DNA from: Methanopyrus kandleri AV19
GTDB lineage: Archaea > JAADCQ01 > Methanopyri > Methanopyrales > Methanopyraceae
Direction: 5' to 3'
Assembly (NCBI RefSeq): GCF_000007185.1
Contig: NC_003551.1
Location: forward strand, 695,456 to 727,455
Length of the DNA: 32,000 nt
The translations under genes and the position numbers were made by a program. The notes under the pieces are model-generated. The model was given only the letters and a program-made list of their open reading frames with translations. It ran no database searches and was not told the origin of the DNA. Positions 9,617 through 16,969 of this stretch are shown piece by piece (position 1 is the first letter of the stretch; every line of letters begins with the position of its first letter).

Positions 9617-10419
9617 CCGGCAGAACGGACCTGGGTAGAGCAGTGCGGGTCGCGGAGAGAGTGTGTCGTCTTTGCGACCGGGAAGGGTTCGAAGTCCTAG
9701 TGGACGATTCGCTGGGGATCGGCGAATACCCCCGGGTTAACTTGAAAGACATGGGCAAAGAGGTCGATATGATCATCACGATCGGCGGTGATGGGACCAT
9801 ACTCCGCGTCTCGAGGATTACGTCAGAGTATGAGGTGCCGATCTTGGGTGTGAACCTAGGAAAGTTCGGATTCCTAACCGAGGTGAGTGAGAGTGGCCTG
9901 AAGGAAGCCGTATCTCGGCTCGCTCGGGGAGATTTCAACCTAGAAGAACACCGAAAGCTCAGGATAAAGATAGGGGGATCCGACGAAGGAGACGCTCTCA
10001 ACGAGGTCACCGTGATCACGAGTCGACCTGCTAAAATGATCAGGTACCGGCTGTCCATCGACGGGTTCGAGTTGGAGACCACGTGGGCGGACGGTGTACT
10101 AGTGGCGACCCCGACGGGTTCCACCGCCTACTCCCTCTCAGCCGGAGGTCCAATCGTGGAGCCACAGGTGGAGTGTTCCATTATTACTCCTCTGAACCCG
10201 TTCAAGCTGGAGGCACGGCCTATGGTGGTTTCCATGGACCGACGCGTGGAGATCGACGTGGACGACCCTGAGCGTGCCGAGGTCGTCGTCGACGGGCAGG
10301 AGTACATGAATCTCGACGGCACGGTGTCCGTTACGCGATCCCCGAACGTGGCGCGGTTTATACGGTTCGGGTCGACGTACTTCGAGCGGTTGAAGGAAAA
10401 GTTCCTGAGGTGGGATTGA
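9589..10419 (+). CDS. nadK: NAD kinase
   Basis: IITIGGDGTILRVSR, PILGVNLGKFGFLTEV, GVLVATPTGSTAYSLSAGGPIVEP. Confidence 0.95.
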   Translation: MFRPQVVGVTGRTDLGRAVRVAERVCRLCDREGFEVLVDDSLGIGEYPRVNLKDMGKEVDMIITIGGDGTILRVSRITSEYEVPILGVNLGKFGFLTEVSESGLKEAVSRLARGDFNLEEHRKLRIKIGGSDEGDALNEVTVITSRPAKMIRYRLSIDGFELETTWADGVLVATPTGSTAYSLSAGGPIVEPQVECSIITPLNPFKLEARPMVVSMDRRVEIDVDDPERAEVVVDGQEYMNLDGTVSVTRSPNVARFIRFGSTYFERLKEKFLRWD

Positions 10420-10574
10420 TGTCGCTACGCGACACGATCAAGGAAATCGGTGAGGCGATCTTCCGGGCGTTTCTAGTGGGACCACTGCCTAGGCTCCTAG
10501 CGTGCGTGTGTTTCACCCTCTGGATCCACCTCTACCGCGAGGGTCGCGAATGGAAGAGATCACATCGAGAGTAG
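10419..10574 (+). CDS. Possible small hydrophobic ORF (51 aa) directly coupled to nadK
   Basis: ATG at 10419 overlaps the nadK TGA by 1 nt; MSLRDTIKEIGEAIFRAFLVGPLPRLLACVCFTLWIHLYREGREWKRSHRE; overlaps the convergent histone-fold gene 3' end. Confidence 0.35.
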   Translation: MSLRDTIKEIGEAIFRAFLVGPLPRLLACVCFTLWIHLYREGREWKRSHRE

Positions 10575-10788
10575 CTGCCGCTAGCTCGACGTCTTCCGCC
10601 TTTACGGTCTTCCTGCCCGCGTGACGGGCCGCGAGAACCGACAACTCCGCCAGTGCTAGGCTGAGGGACTCGATCACCCGATAGTACTCCTTCTTGGCAC
10701 TCATCCTGACGCCGAGGACTCCGTCGGCGGATCGGGCCGACTTCTTGAGTATCTCTTCCAGAACGTTCGTCGGGAGATCGGGGTCCAA
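10513..10788 (-). CDS. Divergent archaeal histone-fold protein
   Basis: LARHAGRKTVKAEDVELAAATL-type segment (LAARHAGRKTVKAEDVELAAATLDVISS) matches the alpha2-loop-alpha3 signature of archaeal histones (..ARHAGRKTIKAEDIELA..). Confidence 0.75.
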   Translation of the reverse strand: MDPDLPTNVLEEILKKSARSADGVLGVRMSAKKEYYRVIESLSLALAELSVLAARHAGRKTVKAEDVELAAATLDVISSIRDPRGRGGSRG

Positions 10789-10806
10789 GCTTTCCCCTCC
10801 CCTGGG

Positions 10807-11238
10807 GTGCTCGGGGGGACTCAGTTGACCACCTACGTCCTCGATACATCAGCATTAATCAAGGGTGTGCCTCCGGAGCTCCTGGACGGTCCCGCTTACA
10901 CGGTTCCGGAGGTTATCGAGGAGCTTAAGGATGATCTTTCCCGCGTGAGGTATGAGGTTGCGTCGGTAAGGGTCAAGGAACCCGAAGACTGGGCGGTTCG
11001 CCGCGCGCGCAGGCGCGCTAAGGTCACGGGTGACCTACCTCGGTTGTCGAAGACGGACCTGAAGGTTCTCGCGCTCGCCATCGAGTTGATGGAAGAGCAG
11101 GACGTAGTCCTAGTCAGCTCCGATTACAGCGTCCAGAACGTGGCGCTTACACTGGGTATTCGGGTGTACGGGCCCGTCCACGGCGAGGTGGACGAGGTAA
11201 TCGGGCCGGGGGGACGACGTTGGAGACCGTCGGTGTAA
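10807..11238 (+). CDS. PIN-domain ribonuclease, Nob1-like, without zinc ribbon
   Basis: YVLDTSALIKG, YTVPEVIEELKDD, LSKTDLKVLALAIEL, VVLVSSDYSVQNVALTLGI are PIN/Nob1 acidic-site motifs. Confidence 0.85.
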   Translation: MLGGTQLTTYVLDTSALIKGVPPELLDGPAYTVPEVIEELKDDLSRVRYEVASVRVKEPEDWAVRRARRRAKVTGDLPRLSKTDLKVLALAIELMEEQDVVLVSSDYSVQNVALTLGIRVYGPVHGEVDEVIGPGGRRWRPSV

Positions 11239-12074
11239 CGACAGTCGTGACGGTGTCGGGGTTGACGGGGTCGAAGCGTGTAGCAGCCCGTGTGGATACC
11301 GGTGCCGAGAACGACTCGATCGACCTGAAGCTGGCGTCGGAAATAGGCGCCGGCCCCGTCATCGGGGTGAAGAAGGTCCGCTCCGCTTCCGCTTCGCGGT
11401 TACGCTCCGAGCGTCGGCCCGTGGTTCACGTCACTTTGGAGCTGGCCGGAAGATGTCTACCCTCGGAGGCCACGCTGGCGGATCGCCGGGATATGCGGTA
11501 CCCGATGATCGTTGGGCGTAAGACGCTACGCCGGGCGGGGGTCACGGTCGACCCGTCCCGTGAGGAGGAACCGGAGGGGGACGAAGTCGATCCACGTCGC
11601 GTAGTCGGTACCTTAAAGCTTCACAAAAGACTCCTGAGGACCGTCGGAGAGAAGCGCGCGGTGACCCCTGCCGTCCTGGCACTTCAGCACGGGGGAGCGT
11701 GGTCGTACCGCGACGGTGATGTATCGTCGGTGGCCGTTCCTATTCGGAAATTGTCGAACGGTGTAGTGCGTGAAGATCTCTACCTGCTTCTCAACCCCGA
11801 GATCGAGCGCGCCGAGGGTACGTTAACTAGACTCGAGAAGTGTGGTCGCGAGAGAGTTCGGCGCGTCGCGAAGCGTCCACGGCGGCTTGAAGTACGACAT
11901 GATGGTGGCGCCATCATCCGCGTCGATCCGGGGCGTAGACGCATCCGTGTTCGGGAGCTCGACCCGGGAACGCTCCGACTTGAAGGCATTCCCGCCGCCA
12001 ACCTTCACCACGAGCTCTCTCACCTCATGGGGGACGACCTGGGCCCCAGCGTGCTGGAGTTCGAGGTCGAGTGA
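11220..12074 (+). CDS. Two-domain protein: N-terminal retropepsin-like (PF05618/RimB-type) domain plus C-terminal peptide-deformylase-like domain
   Basis: N-term ARVDTGAENDS...KVRSASASRLRSERRPVVHVTLELAG...ATLADRRDMRYPMIVGRKTLRRAGVTVDPSRE. C-term AVLALQHGG...LYLLLNPEI...RLEKCGRERVRR...LRLEGIPAANLHHELSHLMGDDL parallels PDF motifs GxGLAAxQ / INPE / EGCLS / QHExDHLxG. Confidence 0.7.
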   Translation: METVGVTTVVTVSGLTGSKRVAARVDTGAENDSIDLKLASEIGAGPVIGVKKVRSASASRLRSERRPVVHVTLELAGRCLPSEATLADRRDMRYPMIVGRKTLRRAGVTVDPSREEEPEGDEVDPRRVVGTLKLHKRLLRTVGEKRAVTPAVLALQHGGAWSYRDGDVSSVAVPIRKLSNGVVREDLYLLLNPEIERAEGTLTRLEKCGRERVRRVAKRPRRLEVRHDGGAIIRVDPGRRRIRVRELDPGTLRLEGIPAANLHHELSHLMGDDLGPSVLEFEVE

Positions 12075-12988
12075 AGGGGGACACCATTACCGTGTCGGAG
12101 ACGATCCGAGTCGCCACTCGATCCAGCCGTCTGGCGATTATCCAGACCCGGGAGGTAATCGAGCTGCTGGAGCGGGAATCCCCGCGTGACGTCGAGGTTG
12201 AGATCGTGAAGACGAAGTCACGTGGGGACGTCGTTCGGGATCGACCCCTCCACAAGCTGGGTGAGAAGGGTGTGTTCGTGAAAGAGGTTGACAGGCTGGT
12301 ACTCGAAGGTAAGGCCGATATCGCCGTTCACAGCGCCAAAGACGTTCCTTCCGTCGTAGATTATCCCGTGGATGTGGCGGCTGTGCCTCCCCGGAGGGAC
12401 CCCCGAGAATGTCTGGTGTCGCGACACGGCGGACTCAAAGAACTTCCGCGGGGAGCTACCGTGGGGACCAGCAGTCCTAGACGGCGCGCGCAGATCCTCC
12501 TAGAAAGACCTGACTTGAAGGTGGAGCCGATGCGCGGGAACGTAGACACCAGGGTCTCCAAGGTGAGGCGGAGGGAGTACGACGCCGCCGTTCTCGCCAA
12601 AGTCGGGTTGGACCGGCTCGGGATGACATCCGAGGTTTCCGAGGTGTACGACCCGGAAGAGTTCGTGCCGCCGGCGGGCCAAGGGGCCCTGATGATCACC
12701 TGCCGCAAGGACGACGATCGCGTTAAACGCCTTCTGGAAGTCGTGGACGACGAGAAGAGTCGGGTGGAAGTCGAGACGGAGAAGGCCGTCGTGAGGGAGC
12801 TCGGAGTGGGTTGCTCGGAGCCTGTAGGAGTCCACGTGCGAGCTCGCGACGGTGATCACGTGAGGTTGGTGCTGGGACTGTTCGAAGAAGACGGCTCTTG
12901 CGGCCACGTACTCAAGATGCGGGGCTCGCCTGAGGACGTCGTCCGTGAGGCGGTGTCTCAGGCTAGGGAGGTGTTATCGGATGGGTGA
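12071..12988 (+). CDS. hemC: Hydroxymethylbilane synthase (porphobilinogen deaminase)
   Basis: IRVATRSSRLAIIQTREV; HSAKDVPS; GTSSPRRRAQ; ELGVGCSEPVGVHVRA (dipyrromethane Cys). Confidence 0.95.
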   Translation: MKGDTITVSETIRVATRSSRLAIIQTREVIELLERESPRDVEVEIVKTKSRGDVVRDRPLHKLGEKGVFVKEVDRLVLEGKADIAVHSAKDVPSVVDYPVDVAAVPPRRDPRECLVSRHGGLKELPRGATVGTSSPRRRAQILLERPDLKVEPMRGNVDTRVSKVRRREYDAAVLAKVGLDRLGMTSEVSEVYDPEEFVPPAGQGALMITCRKDDDRVKRLLEVVDDEKSRVEVETEKAVVRELGVGCSEPVGVHVRARDGDHVRLVLGLFEEDGSCGHVLKMRGSPEDVVREAVSQAREVLSDG

Positions 12989-13772
12989 GCTGTACCTGGT
13001 CGGAGGGGGTCTCTCCGACGTTCGAGATCTCACGCTGCGGGCCCTTGAAGTGCTAGCTAGCGTGGAGTTGGTGCTGGTCGACACCTACACCAGCGTGTAC
13101 GACGTAAGCGAGGGCGACCTGAAACGGTTGCTCAACGGGTTCGGAGGTGATCCTGAAGTACGTATGTGCTCGCGGCGGGACCTGGAGGAGCGCTTCTTCG
13201 ACCTGTGTGAGGGGTACGATCGCGTCGCCCTGCTCTCCCCGGGCGACCCGATGGCAGCGACCACTCACGTGGCGCTGGTGGTCGAGGCCGCCGACCGTGG
13301 GTGGGACGTCGAGATAATCAACGGCGTATCGGTGTTCACCGCGGCACCATCCAAGTCGGGGCTGGAAATGTACCGGTTCGGACGTACCGCCACGATTCCG
13401 TTGAACGTGCGCTCCGTGTATCCCTACGATGTGCTCGAATCGAACCGGCAGGCCGGTTTACACACCCTCTTCCTGCTGGAAGTTGCTGAAGACGGGGAGT
13501 TCGTCTCTGTCGCTGACGCCGCCCGCTACCTATTGGAAATTGAGAGGGAAGAAGGTCGCGGAGTACTCGACCCCTCGGATCTCGCGATCGCCGTAGTGAG
13601 GCTGGGGTTCGAGGACGAGTTGGTGGCTTGGGGAACCCTCGAAGAACTCTCCGACTGGGAGCCCGGTGAACCTCCGCAAGCTCTAATACTGCCCGCCTCC
13701 CGACTCCGTGAAGCGGAGCGCGAATACATCCGCCGCGTCCTCCCACACATCCGAGATGTGCGTGGGGTCTAG
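12981..13772 (+). CDS. dphB: Diphthine synthase
   Basis: GELYLVGGGLSDVRDLTLRALEVLASVELVLVDTYTS; LLSPGDPMAATTHVAL; IINGVSVFTAAPSKSGLEMYRFGRTATIP. ATG at 12981 chosen over the upstream ORF-track start. Confidence 0.92.
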   Translation: MGELYLVGGGLSDVRDLTLRALEVLASVELVLVDTYTSVYDVSEGDLKRLLNGFGGDPEVRMCSRRDLEERFFDLCEGYDRVALLSPGDPMAATTHVALVVEAADRGWDVEIINGVSVFTAAPSKSGLEMYRFGRTATIPLNVRSVYPYDVLESNRQAGLHTLFLLEVAEDGEFVSVADAARYLLEIEREEGRGVLDPSDLAIAVVRLGFEDELVAWGTLEELSDWEPGEPPQALILPASRLREAEREYIRRVLPHIRDVRGV

Positions 13773-13775
13773 CCT

Positions 13776-14132
13776 TTGGGTGAGGAGACTGGCGGTGACT
13801 ATCACGTCGTGCTCGAGGCCGCGTGGATCGTGTACAACGTCGACGACGAGGACGACGCTATCAACATCGCCATTGCCGAGGCGGGTAAGCGCTTGAACCG
13901 ACACGGCCTCGATTACGTGGATATCGATGTCGGGTTTTACGAGTGTCCTGAATGTGGTAATGAAATCGAAGGTGTGTGGATAGTAGCAGGTACAGCCCTC
14001 GTCCGACTGATTCTATCGATGCGAGTGTTCAACGCGGAAAGCGAGGAACACGCCATTCGCATCGCTAAGTACGAGATCGGTCAAGCGCTGGAGGATGTAC
14101 CCTTAGGTGTCGTTGAAGTAACTCCGCTCTGA
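13776..14132 (+). CDS. DUF555 (UPF0212) family conserved archaeal protein (TTG start)
   Basis: [34 protein letters not shown]...[49 protein letters not shown]. Confidence 0.75.
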
Positions 14133-14136
14133 CCAT

Positions 14137-15246
14137 TTACTTACCCCTTACGAGATGCGCCCATATTAGCGCCGAGAGCAACGTGAACGTAGCCAAGGCG
14201 AAGGAGTTCATCGCCCTAGAGAACAGGAATACTCCTATCAGTGATTGGACTGAGAACGCGATCAGACAACCGAAGAGCATGGCCTCTCTCGCCAGGAATC
14301 TCGCCGTCATCCTACGCCTTCGTAGTTTTATGTACTCCGAGAGGCACCTCGATCCCACGTATAGTGTGGCCGCGACCCATATGGACAGTAATACCGCCCC
14401 GATGTACCCGAAGTCGAAGGCCCAGGTGAACAAGCCAGGCAGCATGTAATCGAGAAGGTCCTTTTTAACGACGAGTGCTCCATGTAGTGTAGGTACGTCG
14501 AGCCGGAACATCATGAGATATCCGACAGGCAGTGTGACGAACCCGTCACCGAAGCCCCGCCACTCGTATCCGGCGGGAAGCGCCTTCGTGGAGTGACCGA
14601 TGATGTGCGTGTTCTTCGCCACGAACTCGAGTCCCGGTACGGTGTATTCCGCGAATCGCTTGATACGGAGTGTCGGGCTGAACACGGGCTTATTCAGGAC
14701 GTAAGCGAGCAGTTCCAGGAGACCGAGGAAACCTATGGCCATCAGCGTGGCCATCACGATCGACCTTTTGCTCATCTTAGCTGCTCGGGCGGCAAAAGCG
14801 CGGAATCTCGACTCCACTTTCAAGTACTTCGCTATGAAATGCTCCGTAAGCGCCCAGCATAGGAACCAGGAGAGTAGGAAGTCACGATGCATAATTCCTC
14901 CGACCATTCCCACGTACACCCATAGGAGATTGAAGTATGGCCGAGTACGTCGGGCCGCCGTGATACCACGGGTTTCGAGCAGTTGCAGGAGGTACCTCGA
15001 GGTCGCCCAAGCGGCGAGTGCCAGTGGGCCGAACGGGTGCGTAAACTCGTGGCGTGATACGGGGAGGAACAGCGAGAAAGCGTCCACGGTGAATAGAAGG
15101 GCCAGCACTCCCAGTGTGAAGAGGGACAGTGAGAGGACCCTCTGTACCGTTACCGAGGAATAGCTCAGGGCGAACGGTATCGTCAGGTGGGTGATCACGA
15201 AGAAGTCCAGGAGGGCTTCACCCGTGTTATAGGGGACCACGTACAA
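14137..15246 (-). CDS. Uncharacterized polytopic membrane protein (369 aa)
   Basis: Multiple hydrophobic segments throughout; last gene of the minus-strand array with 1 nt spacing from its neighbour. Confidence 0.7.
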   Translation of the reverse strand: MYVVPYNTGEALLDFFVITHLTIPFALSYSSVTVQRVLSLSLFTLGVLALLFTVDAFSLFLPVSRHEFTHPFGPLALAAWATSRYLLQLLETRGITAARRTRPYFNLLWVYVGMVGGIMHRDFLLSWFLCWALTEHFIAKYLKVESRFRAFAARAAKMSKRSIVMATLMAIGFLGLLELLAYVLNKPVFSPTLRIKRFAEYTVPGLEFVAKNTHIIGHSTKALPAGYEWRGFGDGFVTLPVGYLMMFRLDVPTLHGALVVKKDLLDYMLPGLFTWAFDFGYIGAVLLSIWVAATLYVGSRCLSEYIKLRRRRMTARFLAREAMLFGCLIAFSVQSLIGVFLFSRAMNSFALATFTLLSALIWAHLVRGK

Positions 15247-15247
15247 G

Positions 15248-16498
15248 TTACCACGCCCGCAGCCTCCGATTTACGAGCTCTCTGATTCCTCCGAGCACGA
15301 TCAGCGCAACTCCTACGGCGGAGCTGATTAGACCGAGGGAGTGTAGTGTCTCAGGGGAGATCGGGGTCTTCAACGGCGGCTTTTTGTACCCCTCCGGTAG
15401 CGGACGCATGTAGATAGTGATCAGGTTGGCCTCGGGTTCCACTTTGACATCACCCGGTAGTATGTAGTCGTACCCCAACAGTGTGTTGTTGTCTATGTCG
15501 GAGTCGATCGCGCGGGCGATGTCCTCCGGCTGCTTCTTCCCGGCTTGGACCAGCGTCTGGACGGTCTCGACTATCGACACTTTATCGTACACGCTCTTGA
15601 TCCCGTAGACCCGGACGATCGGCTGGTCCTTCCTTACCGTGATCATGTCTCGGGCAACCTGCCAGGCGTACTCCGTTCGGAGGGAGGACCCACAGACGGG
15701 ACACCGCGAGTACTTGGAGGCCGCCGGGTAGGCGACGCTCCATCCACATTTGGGGCAGACTTTACGGTAGGCTGTGTCCATCGGGATGCCGCGCGCGTTG
15801 AGCTTGGGCGGGACGAAAGTGTCACCCGTCGACAGACCGGCGGTGATGTTGACTACACCACCTCCGTACTTCTCTCCGGACTTCTTGGCCACGTAACCCA
15901 TGATCCTCGTCACTATCTCCGTCGCGGGTAGACCGTCCCTGATCATCCTGCCGGCCATGATGGCGGCCTCTATTCGGACCTTCGTAGCGGTGCCGTACAT
16001 AGGGTTGCCCGGCGTGTTACGCAGGTGGATTACGGCGCACTTGACGTTCTTGGGTATACGGACGATGTTAGGGCCTCCGCTGCTGTGGTACTGCTTGATG
16101 ATGATCTTGTTCCCTTTCACGATCACCACGGCGATATCGTAGCTTCCGCCCACCGCAACGCCCTTCCCGGGGCCTCCGACCAGAAGTCGGTCCGTGGGTG
16201 ACCGGCTGATACCGGCCCTCACGGCACTTTCTATGTCCTCACCCAGCTCTAACGCCCGTATACACGCCAGGATAGCCTCCAGGCGTGCCGTACCCTTGCT
16301 CAGACCTCCCGCTAGGACGGCTACGTGTAGCTTCTTGGACACTAGGAACGTCGACTGGAACATGTTAGGAGCGAAGGACATCGAGGCTGCGGCTGCACCG
16401 TTGGGATCCTTGCCGCTGGGGTCCGTGATCACGATCATGTTGAAGGTAGCGGACGCCCCGGAGACCAGTGCCAGGAGCGCGATCAGCGGGATCAGCAC
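15248..16498 (-). CDS. Predicted secreted/membrane-anchored protein with signal peptide, zinc ribbon and C-terminal TM
   Basis: MLIPLIALLALVSGASAT signal-like N-terminus; CPKCGWSVAYPAASKYSRCPVCG; LGLISSAVGVALIVLGGIRELVNRR C-terminal TM. Confidence 0.75.
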   Translation of the reverse strand: MLIPLIALLALVSGASATFNMIVITDPSGKDPNGAAAASMSFAPNMFQSTFLVSKKLHVAVLAGGLSKGTARLEAILACIRALELGEDIESAVRAGISRSPTDRLLVGGPGKGVAVGGSYDIAVVIVKGNKIIIKQYHSSGGPNIVRIPKNVKCAVIHLRNTPGNPMYGTATKVRIEAAIMAGRMIRDGLPATEIVTRIMGYVAKKSGEKYGGGVVNITAGLSTGDTFVPPKLNARGIPMDTAYRKVCPKCGWSVAYPAASKYSRCPVCGSSLRTEYAWQVARDMITVRKDQPIVRVYGIKSVYDKVSIVETVQTLVQAGKKQPEDIARAIDSDIDNNTLLGYDYILPGDVKVEPEANLITIYMRPLPEGYKKPPLKTPISPETLHSLGLISSAVGVALIVLGGIRELVNRRLRAW

Positions 16499-16517
16499 AC
16501 GGATCGCGGGGTCCCCC

Positions 16518-16967
16518 CTACCTCGGCAGTCCGTAGTCTTCGATCACCCGGACCACGACGACCCCTGATCGTTTGATCGTGATCTGGACGGATCGAATGG
16601 GTTTGATCTTCGTTCCCGGGATCACGCTCCTCATCGCGTATATCCTCGCCCTCCTGATCGCCTCGTGCAGCGGGATTTTCTTGCCTTCCGGGGTGATGAG
16701 GGTTCCGCCCTTGATAACCGAACCGGGACGCAGGCCCGACGCCATCACGTTGCTACGTATGACCTCTTCCGGCAGGAAATCGCAGCCGACTACGTCGATA
16801 CCTATGATCCTGAGTCCCTCTTGCTTGGGTACCGGACGTGCCGCCCACGCTGTGTACTCCGCGATTCTTCCGATGCTGAGGAGTAGAGCACCCATCAGCA
16901 TGATCGCCAGGTTACGCCGGGAAACGGGCCACGGTTTGATCCACTTCCTCTTCCTTTCCTCTTCCAC
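16518..16967 (-). CDS. Single-TM protein with possible POTRA-like extracytoplasmic domain
   Basis: RKRKWIKPWPVSRRNLAIMLMGALLLSIGRIAEY anchor, then LRIIGIDVVGCDFLPEEVIRSNVMASGLRPGSVI...VQITIKRSGVVVVRVIEDYG. Confidence 0.6.
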   Translation of the reverse strand: MEEERKRKWIKPWPVSRRNLAIMLMGALLLSIGRIAEYTAWAARPVPKQEGLRIIGIDVVGCDFLPEEVIRSNVMASGLRPGSVIKGGTLITPEGKKIPLHEAIRRARIYAMRSVIPGTKIKPIRSVQITIKRSGVVVVRVIEDYGLPR

Positions 16968-16969
16968 CG

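Noticed and set aside
12945-12980. Upstream start of the dphB ORF (MRRCLRLGRCYR...)
   Set aside because: Lies within hemC and lacks family similarity; ATG at 12981 gives the canonical MGELYLVGGG N-terminus.
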